From a virus (taxonomy: Duplodnaviria; Caudoviricetes): DNA of 34,360 nucleotides. Shown here in pieces: positions 8,383-16,677 of this stretch. The DNA is taken from positions 1-34,360 of the IMG/VR virus record IMGVR_UViG_3300032135_000034. The stretch is one strand, 5' to 3'. The position numbers and the translations under genes were made by a program. The stretch's first letter is position 1; every line of letters begins with the position of its first letter. The notes under the pieces were generated by a model. That model had not been told where the DNA came from. It made no database searches and worked only from the letters and a program-made list of their open reading frames with translations.

Positions 8383-8402
8383 CGCCGAATTTAGCAATTA
8401 CG
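8383..8402 (-). repeat. 20-bp boundary motif, copy S3
   Basis: CGTAATTGCTAAATTCGGCG, 6 nt after the SSB stop. Confidence 0.6.
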
Positions 8403-8408
8403 ACTTAA

Positions 8409-8810
8409 CTAGAATGGTATTTCCCCATCATATATAGGTACCTCTTCATAACCTTGTTGATTTATATCTGTTGTAGCTGCATCATTCTTTTTACTGGCCC
8501 ATTCTAAAAACTCAACTTCATCAGCAATTACCTCTGTAACATATCTTCTGGTACCATCTTTAGCCTCGTAATTTCTAGTTTGAATATTACCTGATACGCT
8601 AACTAATCTCCCCTTTATTACATAGTTTGCTGTAGCTTCTGCTTGCTTTCCAAATACTACTACTGGTATAAAATCCGCTTCCGGTTGTCCCTCTCTTTTA
8701 TATCTTCTATTTACCGCAATAGTAAATATCGCTATAGCCGTTCCTGTTCCTTGCGCAAATTTAAGCTCTGGATCTTTTGTTAATCTACCAACTAAAACAA
8801 CTTTATTTAT
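8409..8810 (-). CDS. ssb: Single-stranded DNA-binding protein (133 aa), ATA start
   Basis: (I/M)NKVVLVGRLTKDPEL...ADFIPVVVFGKQAE...GEIPF; GGGAGTG SD; absent from the ORF track. Confidence 0.93.
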   Translation of the reverse strand: MNKVVLVGRLTKDPELKFAQGTGTAIAIFTIAVNRRYKREGQPEADFIPVVVFGKQAEATANYVIKGRLVSVSGNIQTRNYEAKDGTRRYVTEVIADEVEFLEWASKKNDAATTDINQQGYEEVPIYDGEIPF

Positions 8811-8831
8811 AATAAATCACTCCCATTTTTT

Positions 8832-9386
8832 TTATTTTGTTATAAATTCGCTATAGTCTAAAGTTTCTATCCATTTACAAAACTCTCTCCACTCTGGCAA
8901 TCTATGATCCTTACGTTGGCTATAAACTGTTTTTAATGCTCTATAGTTAGTTGTTAGTCTAGCAGTTAATTCAAACCCAGCAGGGTTGCTATATAAAAGT
9001 CTTAAATAATCTACACTGTCATTTGTTTTGTTATAAATTTCTTTTAATTCTTCCATTATGTCAATTATTCTCGGATCAACGTATTTGTTGTATTGATTAT
9101 ATAAATTAAATTTGCTTATACGGTGCATAGTGCTTTGGCTGCTAACAAAATTTATGAATTTATATCTTTCTAATTCTACCCAGGCCTTATTCGTAAATGT
9201 TAAATCAAAACTTACTAAGATACCTGTTAAAAACTGATCATGTCCACTACCTTTATAACTATTAGCTAAGCCCCTCACTCTGCCTGTAATATCGCAATTG
9301 CAATCTCTTGTATTAATTGCCATTGGGTATTTACTAGCTTTTATACTGTCCTTTAATCCACTAATTTCAACATTTTCTATTTCCAT
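8832..9386 (-). CDS. ThyX-like (flavin-dependent thymidylate synthase fold) phage protein
   Basis: GHDQFL, ERY...SQSTMHR, TTNYRALK...RKDHRLPEW; canonical RHR motif is degenerate. Confidence 0.6.
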   Translation of the reverse strand: MEIENVEISGLKDSIKASKYPMAINTRDCNCDITGRVRGLANSYKGSGHDQFLTGILVSFDLTFTNKAWVELERYKFINFVSSQSTMHRISKFNLYNQYNKYVDPRIIDIMEELKEIYNKTNDSVDYLRLLYSNPAGFELTARLTTNYRALKTVYSQRKDHRLPEWREFCKWIETLDYSEFITK

Positions 9387-9418
9387 CTGCTACCCTCTCT
9401 CATTTATTTGTTCCATTA

Positions 9419-9769
9419 TTATTTCTCCTTTAGCCTATTGGGTATATCTTGCATATCCTTATTATTTAATTCCATTTCTATAGCCATTGATACATTCCAC
9501 ATTGCAGCTCTTAAATGATTTTCTTCTTTTTTTCCTCTCATGTAGCAGCTTAAATGTCTAATTGCACTATCTAGTAGACTATGCGCAGGTATTCCCTTTT
9601 CGCAATTTCTCTCTCCGTATTTAGTGGCTCCATTTTCACAATGTATAGCTAACTCATGTATTGCAACCCATGGTAACAAATCATATCTCCCTTTTCCCTG
9701 GTGCATGTCCCTTACTGCTCCTGTCTTAAATTCTGTTCTTTCTCCACTATCTTTTATTGAATCATCCAT
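9419..9769 (-). CDS. DUF5664 / dATP-dGTP diphosphohydrolase-domain protein
   Basis: DSGER..F.TGAVRD...GKGRYDLLP...GATKYGERN.EKG...SAIRHL...HL.AA.WN; GGAGG SD at 9769. Confidence 0.8.
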   Translation of the reverse strand: MDDSIKDSGERTEFKTGAVRDMHQGKGRYDLLPWVAIHELAIHCENGATKYGERNCEKGIPAHSLLDSAIRHLSCYMRGKKEENHLRAAMWNVSMAIEMELNNKDMQDIPNRLKEK

Positions 9770-9926
9770 TATATTCCTCCGTAGTTTTCTTAATTCTTTT
9801 TGCACTATTTTTAATGCGTTCTAGTAACTTTTCTGAAGGTTTTTCGTTGCATAAATCACTTATTATATCTGCTAAGTTATAGACTGTCTGTAGATCGCAT
9901 ATTGTTGCTGCTTTAACACCTTTCAT
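9762..9926 (-). CDS. Hypothetical protein, 54 aa (MKGVKAATICDL...)
   Basis: AGGAGGT SD; overlaps next start. Confidence 0.7.
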   Translation of the reverse strand: MKGVKAATICDLQTVYNLADIISDLCNEKPSEKLLERIKNSAKRIKKTTEEYNG

Positions 9927-9936
9927 TTTCTACCTC

Positions 9937-10110
9937 CTAGTGTGCCCTTCTTTTTCTCTCTATTATTTCTCTGGTATAGTTATTAGCTTCTATTTATTTT
10001 TTTCTATCTAACCCTGCTGCTTTTATATTTTCTAATTTTTCATTAAATTTGTGTTGAGCTTTAAGCGCATTATATGTTGCTATAGCTTTTTGCCTATTAC
10101 TTAACTCCAC
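9937..10110 (-). pseudogene. Small ORF interrupted by an in-frame TAA at 9994-9996 (or a 38-aa gene)
   Basis: GTG start; frame stays open 18 codons past the TAA and ends at the next SD. Confidence 0.4.
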
Positions 10111-10111
10111 A

Positions 10112-10285
10112 TTATTCACCATCCTTTTTTAAGATATTATAGGTCCACAAACTTAACATTTGAAATTTTGGTATTTCTCCGCCTTTGTATCTTGTAAGAC
10201 TTTTCATTTCTAACGTATACTTAAGTAATATTTCTACTTCTTTTGCTATTTCTTCTACAGTCCATAAATCTTTATTTATCGTCAT
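10112..10285 (-). CDS. Hypothetical protein (MTINKDLWTVEE...)
   Basis: GGGGTGGAG SD inside the rep 3' end. Confidence 0.65.
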   Translation of the reverse strand: MTINKDLWTVEEIAKEVEILLKYTLEMKSLTRYKGGEIPKFQMLSLWTYNILKKDGE

Positions 10286-11090
10286 TGCTCCACCCCAGTA
10301 ACTTCTTTTCCAAATCATCAAAATCATAATTTCTTGACTCACAGTTTTCAACAAAATCATTCTTTTTATCTTTTGAATATTTAGGCTCTTTCATCTGCAA
10401 TATTAGTTTTTCATAATGCTTCCTTAGTTTATCTGGAGATAATATATTTTTATACCAAAACTCATTCTTTTGACTAAACACTATTACTTTTTTAATATCT
10501 TCAATTTCTCTATTATCTAATCTTAAAATTAAATCAAACTGCTTGGACCATCTTTGTAAGTTTGGTTCTTTTGCCTTATCATTATTTCTTTTAATATAAG
10601 CCCAAAGAAAAGTAGATAATCTGTATTCGTCAGAATCAGATAAAAAAGTTTTTGCTGCCTTATCCTTATCTATTTTAATCTTATCTAATCTAACCTTATC
10701 TAATCTAACCTGCGTATCCATTTCGTGTACATTTTGTATACATTTTGTGTCCATAATTTTATATGTGCCATTATCATCTTCTAAATAAGATTTTTCTTGG
10801 TCATATAATGTCTCTTGGTACCTATCTTTTTGTATATAATTGTGTATTTTCCAATGTTTAATTACACAAACACCACTTTCAAATGGTATTATAAAACTTT
10901 TTGCAACTAATATTTTAAGATCATCACTTGAGCAATTAACCATTTTTATAATTTTTTGTGGTGAACTTACAAACCCATCATCATCAGCCCGCATTGAAAG
11001 TTGAAAATATAGTAACTGGGAGCTAATTGGCATATCTAAAAATAAATCTGTATCTATAATTTTAAGTGAAAACATTCTTTTTTGTGCCAT
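10272..11090 (-). CDS. Phage replication initiator (replisome organizer N-domain)
   Basis: MAQKRMFSLKIIDTDLFLDMP.SSQLLYF.L.MRADDDGFV; C-terminal FW..NILSP.KLRK. Confidence 0.9.
   Translation of the reverse strand: MAQKRMFSLKIIDTDLFLDMPISSQLLYFQLSMRADDDGFVSSPQKIIKMVNCSSDDLKILVAKSFIIPFESGVCVIKHWKIHNYIQKDRYQETLYDQEKSYLEDDNGTYKIMDTKCIQNVHEMDTQVRLDKVRLDKIKIDKDKAAKTFLSDSDEYRLSTFLWAYIKRNNDKAKEPNLQRWSKQFDLILRLDNREIEDIKKVIVFSQKNEFWYKNILSPDKLRKHYEKLILQMKEPKYSKDKKNDFVENCESRNYDFDDLEKKLLGWSNDDK
10680..10748. repeat. Direct repeats inside rep gene, putative origin iterons
   Basis: CTTATCTAATCTAAC x2 (10680-10709); TACATTTTGT x2 (10728, 10739). Confidence 0.55.
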
Positions 11091-11125
11091 CTATTGCCCT
11101 CCATGTTGATTTATTTATATTGAAA

Positions 11126-11563
11126 TCATTTTGTGAGTAATTCATTTTCATGCTTTAACTTTATAATCATTTGAACTTGATTTTTGTTACATTTTGCAAA
11201 ACCAAAATTTGCTTTTATAAGCTTATTATTGTGATCCATTAAAACATTACAATTGTTATCCAATGTTTCATTATTATCAATTAATGCCTGGACTCTTTTA
11301 TGCAAATTTATTTCAACTTCATTCATATTTTCACAACTCTCTTCTAGCTCCATTACCCTATTAAGAAGCTTTGCATTAGATTGTTTTAAATTTTCATTTT
11401 CTAGTGAAAGGTTAAAATTTAAAATTGATACTTCTTTGCTTTCTTCTGGAATGTCTATTACATATTCAAGCAAATTATTTAAGCACCTAACCATTGATTG
11501 GTTTATGGTTCCGCTGTTCGTATCTACTAAAGCTGTAACATAACCTATTATTTGTTCTTTCAT
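11126..11563 (-). CDS. Coiled-coil hypothetical protein
   Basis: GGAGGAG SD; heptad-rich sequence. Confidence 0.8.
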   Translation of the reverse strand: MKEQIIGYVTALVDTNSGTINQSMVRCLNNLLEYVIDIPEESKEVSILNFNLSLENENLKQSNAKLLNRVMELEESCENMNEVEINLHKRVQALIDNNETLDNNCNVLMDHNNKLIKANFGFAKCNKNQVQMIIKLKHENELLTK

Positions 11564-11617
11564 TTTTACTCCTCCACATTGATTTATTTGTTTAAGCCAT
11601 GTTATAATATTATTGAC

Positions 11618-11917
11618 TTATTTTGATTGGACCCTCTGCAAAGGGTTCTTTTTTATTTTTTTACTATAAGTTCGACATAATTGTTTTTCCATAATGCCTT
11701 CTTTCTTAAGTTTCACAACTCTCTGCATTATAGATTTAATTGTCCTATCAAGTGCATAACTCATTTCTTCAGGACCTATAATGTAATACCAATTAATCAG
11801 ATATTGTTCATCTTCATAATTCCATGGTGTACTCATTTTTTGATGAAACATTGGATTATATAACAATCTTTGAAAACGGTCATACTCTATTGGTATTTCA
11901 GGTATCCATTGCAACAC
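11618..11917 (-). CDS. Small putative DNA-binding protein (Myb/HTH-like)
   Basis: PW..EDEQYL...EMSYALDRT.KSI..RV..LKKEG; AGGAGG SD, GTG start. Confidence 0.7.
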   Translation of the reverse strand: MLQWIPEIPIEYDRFQRLLYNPMFHQKMSTPWNYEDEQYLINWYYIIGPEEMSYALDRTIKSIMQRVVKLKKEGIMEKQLCRTYSKKIKKNPLQRVQSK

Positions 11918-11932
11918 TTTTCAGCGCCTCCT

Positions 11933-12115
11933 TTAATTGCAACTTTTAAATATTTTTGAAGTTCTTACTGCAAGATCTAAAACATAATTAAAGCTTGTAC
12001 ACTTACTAAAATTAATTCTATTTGTCTTTAACTCACAAGTAGCTATTTCACATACTATTGCAAACTCCGCATTAGTGAGGTTGCCAGTTCTACTTTCTAA
12101 TGCTTTTCTTAACAT
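11933..12115 (-). CDS. Hypothetical protein, 60 aa
   Basis: AGGAGG SD before MLRKALESR. Confidence 0.7.
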   Translation of the reverse strand: MLRKALESRTGNLTNAEFAIVCEIATCELKTNRINFSKCTSFNYVLDLAVRTSKIFKSCN

Positions 12116-12257
12116 TATTTTCCCTCCTAACACAATTCTCAATTACTATATAATTTGAAAATGCTTCAACTGTAATGTTTATGCACTTTTTGTACTTCTT
12201 CATTAACCATTTTTTTTCTGTATAATTTTTTACTGGTATAACTTGTACAAACTGCAT
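12090..12257 (-). CDS. Hypothetical basic protein, 55 aa (MQFVQVIPVKNY...)
   Basis: AAGGAGGT SD; translated by hand. Confidence 0.6.
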   Translation of the reverse strand: MQFVQVIPVKNYTEKKWLMKKYKKCINITVEAFSNYIVIENCVRRENNVKKSIRK

Positions 12258-12278
12258 TTTATTTTTATACCTCCTTAG

Positions 12279-13058
12279 CTAGGCTATTTCGTAAATTTGT
12301 GCTGCTAACTCTTTCACATCGTTCTCATAAATCTTGCAAGCTATTTCATAAAGTTCTGGGACTTTATTCATTACCTTATCTATATAGTCAACTTTGTTTT
12401 TAAGCTTAGGCTTATGATCCATATTGTACTTACCTAATCTATCCTTTAAACTAATGTGGTACTTCATTTCAAATTGCTTGTATAATTCTCTCCAACGTTC
12501 CTGAAAGTTTGCGCCCCTATACCTGACTACTCTATTTAATACTTGTCTTTTCTCCGCTAAAGTTATTTCATCCACTAATCCCACGATAACCTCTTCTTTG
12601 TGCTCTATAACCTTATCCCTTAATGCTATAATTTCATTTTGCTTTCTTACCATTCCTAATGTATTTTTAAATATAAGCTTTGTATTTTCATCTACATATG
12701 GTAAATAAGTATTAATAAATTGATCTTCATTATTTACGTAGCCACCTGTTTTTCTTATTACTGGAAGGACATCTATTGCCAACCAATCTTGAAACTTTTC
12801 AGCTACATCATTACTGGCTTTAAATGCTAACTTATAAACTGCAGATTCAGGAATAAAATCATCTTTCCCAACATCTTGGGAAAAACCTTTGCCTAAATAT
12901 TTATTAACTGTTTCCCAACGTACATATTCTTTACCGCTTTTTAGTTGAGTTAATCCTAAACTTTTGGCTACTGTCTCAGCATCAAACACTGTTTGTCCAT
13001 TCTCTAGCTTTATTGAAACTTGGAATAGTTCATTTTTAAAAACTTGCAAATCATTCAT
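12279..13058 (-). CDS. BRO-N domain antirepressor-like protein
   Basis: MNDLQVFKNE...FDAETVAKSLG...IPESAVYKL...AEKFQDWL..DVLP.IRKTGGY; AGGAGG SD at 13058. Confidence 0.88.
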   Translation of the reverse strand: MNDLQVFKNELFQVSIKLENGQTVFDAETVAKSLGLTQLKSGKEYVRWETVNKYLGKGFSQDVGKDDFIPESAVYKLAFKASNDVAEKFQDWLAIDVLPVIRKTGGYVNNEDQFINTYLPYVDENTKLIFKNTLGMVRKQNEIIALRDKVIEHKEEVIVGLVDEITLAEKRQVLNRVVRYRGANFQERWRELYKQFEMKYHISLKDRLGKYNMDHKPKLKNKVDYIDKVMNKVPELYEIACKIYENDVKELAAQIYEIA

Positions 13059-13078
13059 AACTTGTCCTCCTAATTTTA

Positions 13079-13390
13079 TTATCCTACTGAACCACCATCG
13101 TACAAATAACTGTATTTTTCGCCATAATGAAGAGTAAATTTTCCGGATTCTCTTTTTATTTTTGTAGGCCTTATTCCCTCTCTTGCTTCTAGTCCAAAAC
13201 CATTCAAAAACCTGCAAATTAACCTTTCAGCTTTTAATTTATCTCCATCAGATAGTATTTTAAATCCTCTTATTGTTCTAAAATCATAGCCCAGCACCTT
13301 TTTAACTTCTAAAGCATTTGAAAATTGATAATCTTTTATATCTGCTTTTGTATACTTATTTGCAATTTTGTTATAATCCATAAATTCCAC
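13079..13390 (-). CDS. Hypothetical protein
   Basis: 103 aa; GAGGAGG SD. Confidence 0.75.
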   Translation of the reverse strand: MEFMDYNKIANKYTKADIKDYQFSNALEVKKVLGYDFRTIRGFKILSDGDKLKAERLICRFLNGFGLEAREGIRPTKIKRESGKFTLHYGEKYSYLYDGGSVG

Positions 13391-13520
13391 TTACCTCCTC
13401 TTTGAATTTATTACCCGTTGTTAGGGACTTGTACACCATTGCGATGTAATATAGTTGTAATTATTGAGATGTGCATGTTGCTCACTTTATATCATGAATC
13501 GCTTTCGATACATATGTTCC

Positions 13521-13688
13521 TTAGTTTAGTACGGTTTCACCCTGCGTTAATTTTCTAACCAATTCATCCATCTGGACTTGTGAAAGTATCCTTATTAATG
13601 ATTTAGCAACTACTTCAGCTTGTTGTTCCTTTAAAAATTGAATGCCATCTTCTGTATGTGGATAATTAACAATTAATTTAATTGCCAT
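13521..13688 (-). CDS. Hypothetical protein, 55 aa (MAIKLIVNYPHTEDG...)
   Basis: GGGGAGG SD; translated by hand. Confidence 0.7.
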   Translation of the reverse strand: MAIKLIVNYPHTEDGIQFLKEQQAEVVAKSLIRILSQVQMDELVRKLTQGETVLN

Positions 13689-13800
13689 AGCATCCTCCCC
13701 GCATTATTAATTAGAGTATGCTTATTTACATTTTTTTGTTACCTCACTAGTTTTAATCAGTACAAGAACTATTCTCCCATCAATATTTTTCTTGACAAAT

Positions 13801-14022
13801 TTAATCATTTTTCGACACCTCCTTTAATTGTGGAAATATATCTTCTAAGCTAGCTTGTAAAGCTCTAGCTATAGATAAAGCTGTATCTATTTTCGGCACT
13901 TGCTTTCCTGACATGATCTCGTAAAAGCTTGTCCTGCCTATTCCTGAACTTAAAATTATTCCTGTTGCCGTTTGACCTTTGACCTTTGCTAATCTTAAAT
14001 ATTTTTTTATATTATTTTTCAC
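13801..14022 (-). CDS. Cro-like XRE HTH regulator
   Basis: GIGRTSFYEIMSGKQVP.IDTALSIARAL...LEDIF; divergent from the repressor. Confidence 0.88.
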   Translation of the reverse strand: MKNNIKKYLRLAKVKGQTATGIILSSGIGRTSFYEIMSGKQVPKIDTALSIARALQASLEDIFPQLKEVSKND

Positions 14023-14039
14023 TTTTTACCTCCTCGTTA

Positions 14040-14221
14040 CATTCGGTTAACTGAACGTAATTTAATACTAATCCACTTTAACGAATTTGTAAAATCATGT
14101 TGTTCGGTTGAGCGACGATTAGCGAAATTTAGCTTTATTTACCTCTGAATTTCTAGCTAATTCTTTGATTTACTGTTTACTTTAACGAATACAAATGATA
14201 TAATTCGTATTGTAAACCGAA
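14040..14221. promoter_or_regulatory. Lysis/lysogeny switch: divergent promoters and operators
   Basis: Plus: TTTACT-17-TATAAT (14176-14204, TGn extension); minus: TTTACA-17-TAGTAT; TTCGGTT half-site x3; ACTTTAACGAAT x2 (14075, 14179). Confidence 0.65.
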
Positions 14222-14266
14222 TATAAAAATATAATTATTAATCAAAATCTAGGAGGAATTTACAAA

Positions 14267-14650
14267 ATGACTATACTGGGTGATAATATAAAAAAATTAA
14301 GAAATAGGGCTGGCATGCCAATAACTGCTTTAAGTAATGCTTCTGGAGTTGGAAGAAGTACTATAAGTGAAATAGAATCAGGTAAGGCTCAAAATCCAAA
14401 AGGCAATACAATTAATGCCATTGCAAAGGCGCTAGGTGTTAATATTGGCACATTGACTGAAATGGAAATCGAACATGAATATGTAATAACAGATATAGAA
14501 GAAGCTATGGAAGTGATTTTAAATCAAGAAAACTTAATTTTGCGTGGAGAAATCCTAGATGATGAATCAAAGATTCAGCTATCAAACAGTATAAAAATGG
14601 CCTTACAATTTGCTGTTGAAGCACAAAAACGAAATAATAAATTGATATAA
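14267..14650 (+). CDS. CI/ImmR-like XRE repressor (no S24 autopeptidase domain)
   Basis: LGDNIKKLR...LSNASGVGRSTISEIESG...NP...IAKALGV; AGGAGG SD. Confidence 0.9.
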   Translation: MTILGDNIKKLRNRAGMPITALSNASGVGRSTISEIESGKAQNPKGNTINAIAKALGVNIGTLTEMEIEHEYVITDIEEAMEVILNQENLILRGEILDDESKIQLSNSIKMALQFAVEAQKRNNKLI

Positions 14651-14661
14651 GGGGTGCTCTT

Positions 14662-16392
14662 ATGATTGCTGCAATATATTCACGTAAATCTAAGTTCTCC
14701 GAGAAAGGAGAAAGTGTAGAAAATCAAATAAAAATGTGTGAAGCATATGCAAATACTATTGGAATTGAAAAATTTATCGTTTATGAGGATGAAGGGTTTT
14801 CTGGTGGCAATGTTGAAAGGCCCCAATTTCAAAAAATGATGAAAGAAGCCAAAAGTAAAAAATTCAATTATTTAATATGTTACCGACTTGATAGAATAAG
14901 CCGTAATGTATCAGATTTTACTCAAACCATCGAAGAGTTGAAAAAATACAGAATAGAGTTTATAAGCATTAAAGAACAATTTGATACGAGCTCACCTATG
15001 GGTAGAGCAATGATGAATATATCGGCAGTGTTTGCACAGCTTGAACGTGAAACAATAGCTGAGAGAATAAAGGATAATATGATGGAGCTCTCCAAAACTG
15101 GAAGGTGGTTAGGCGGAACACCTCCACTTGGTTTTAAATCTGAATCCGTAAAATATAATGATAGTAATGGTAAAGATAAAAAAATGTATAAGCTAATTGA
15201 AGTGTTTGAAGAAATGAAAATAGTCAAGCTAATTTATAATTTATATCTTGAAAAAAAAGGATTTAGTGCTGTAGCTAACTACCTATGCAAAAATTACTAT
15301 AATGGTAAAAACGGTGGAGAATTTTCTAGGCAAACAGTACAACAAATAATAACTAATCCCGTGTATTGTGTTGCAGATTCTCTAGCTTTTGAATATTTTA
15401 AAAACGTAGATGCTACAATTTATGGCGAACCTTGTTTAAATGGCTTTATGGTTTACAACAAACGTGAGGGTGGGAAAAAAGATAAACCACTTAATAAATG
15501 GATATTTGCAGTAGGTGAACATCCTGGTGTTATTAACTCAAATGATTGGATAGAGTGTCAAAAAATAAATGAGCATAACAAATCAAAAACTTCTCCAAGA
15601 GTCGGAACTGGAAGTAAGTTTTTACTGGCCAGTATGATAACATGTGGGTGTTGTGGATCCGGAATGGCATCATGGAGTCATAATAATAAAAAGTCTGGAA
15701 AGATGGAAAAATATTATAGATGTAACTTAAAAAACAGAGCTTCTAATCGTTGTAACAACAAAATGTTAAATGCATATAAAGCCGAGGATCTAATTATTGA
15801 ATCTATTAAAAATACAAACGTTGAGCTATTAATAAAAAATATTGAACTACATAAAAAAGAAGTCGAAACTACTGATAGTGCAGTAATTGAAGTTATGAGG
15901 ATAAAGAAAGAAATTGAACAAAATAATAAAATTAGGCAGGGATTGATTAGAAAATCTGCTTTCATGGATGATGACCCCGAAACAATTGAAATGTTTAAAC
16001 AAGAAATATTTGAAATGAAAAAAGAAAATATAGAACTAGAAAGTAAGATTAAAGCAATAGAAATAGATTCTGTAACCCTAGAAAAAATGAATGAAAAGAA
16101 TATTTCAGTAGATGAAATAATAGCTAGCTTAACTCATTTTAAAACGTACATTAACTATGTGGATGATGTTGAAGCAAAGCGTGAACTAATATTAAATATG
16201 GTTGAAAGTATAGTATGGTATGGTGAATCAGAAACTTTAGAAGTTAATTTAATTGGCTCAGGCAAGGTGTTGCCTCGGGGCACAGTTTTAGCTCGCAACT
16301 TGTGTTATGGAAGTAAGAGCAGACGCAACAACTACCAAAATACAAGTATGAATACAAATGCATTAATAGTTTCTCTAAGCACAAAAAAATAA
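14662..16392 (+). CDS. int: Large serine integrase
   Basis: IYSRKS catalytic Ser, DEGFSG, RLDRISR, recombinase domain, CxxCG...C...C zinc ribbon, coiled coil. Confidence 0.96.
   Translation: MIAAIYSRKSKFSEKGESVENQIKMCEAYANTIGIEKFIVYEDEGFSGGNVERPQFQKMMKEAKSKKFNYLICYRLDRISRNVSDFTQTIEELKKYRIEFISIKEQFDTSSPMGRAMMNISAVFAQLERETIAERIKDNMMELSKTGRWLGGTPPLGFKSESVKYNDSNGKDKKMYKLIEVFEEMKIVKLIYNLYLEKKGFSAVANYLCKNYYNGKNGGEFSRQTVQQIITNPVYCVADSLAFEYFKNVDATIYGEPCLNGFMVYNKREGGKKDKPLNKWIFAVGEHPGVINSNDWIECQKINEHNKSKTSPRVGTGSKFLLASMITCGCCGSGMASWSHNNKKSGKMEKYYRCNLKNRASNRCNNKMLNAYKAEDLIIESIKNTNVELLIKNIELHKKEVETTDSAVIEVMRIKKEIEQNNKIRQGLIRKSAFMDDDPETIEMFKQEIFEMKKENIELESKIKAIEIDSVTLEKMNEKNISVDEIIASLTHFKTYINYVDDVEAKRELILNMVESIVWYGESETLEVNLIGSGKVLPRGTVLARNLCYGSKSRRNNYQNTSMNTNALIVSLSTKK
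16298..16347. other. Putative attP inside the integrase 3' end
   Basis: 50-bp imperfect inverted repeat ACTTGTGTTATGGAAGT-N16-ACTACCAAAATACAAGT (14/17 symmetric), centre GA at 16322-16323. Confidence 0.7.
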
Positions 16393-16471
16393 ATTGATTC
16401 ATAAGCACATGCACTAATTCAAGAAGTTTAATACCCTCTGCAATAGGGACAATATAAGAGGGCATAATTAA

Positions 16472-16579
16472 TTATACTGTTTTATCACTTAATTTAATTT
16501 TAAATACCATTTGACCATTCTTTTTAATTGTAAATATCAATATAGTTTTAACTTTAGGATCTTTTTTACTATTTTCCAT
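16472..16579 (-). CDS. 35-aa basic peptide MENSKKDPKVKTILIFTIKKNGQMVFKIKLSDKTV
   Basis: GGGGGA SD; downstream of a LexA box. Confidence 0.55.
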   Translation of the reverse strand: MENSKKDPKVKTILIFTIKKNGQMVFKIKLSDKTV

Positions 16580-16663
16580 GTTGCATTCCCCCAATTTATT
16601 ATGTATAACTTACCATCTATATCCTTATACAACTAATAATATCACATTTAATTATAAAATAAT

Positions 16664-16677
16664 AGAACAAGCGTTCG
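16664..16677. promoter_or_regulatory. Firmicutes LexA (SOS/Cheo) box
   Basis: AGAACAAGCGTTCG matches GAAC-N4-GTTC; intergenic. Confidence 0.75.

Noticed and set aside
8832-9769. Z-genome (2-aminoadenine) pathway
   Set aside because: No PurZ, DatZ or phage polymerase in the window
13508-13519. Second LexA box (GAAC-ATAT-GTAT on the minus strand)
   Set aside because: Right half deviates from GTTC/GTTT; too weak alone
16244-16465. 73-aa minus-strand ORF crossing attP (could supply a new 5' end to the host target gene)
   Set aside because: No SD, antisense to int, no recognisable similarity; cannot support without attB
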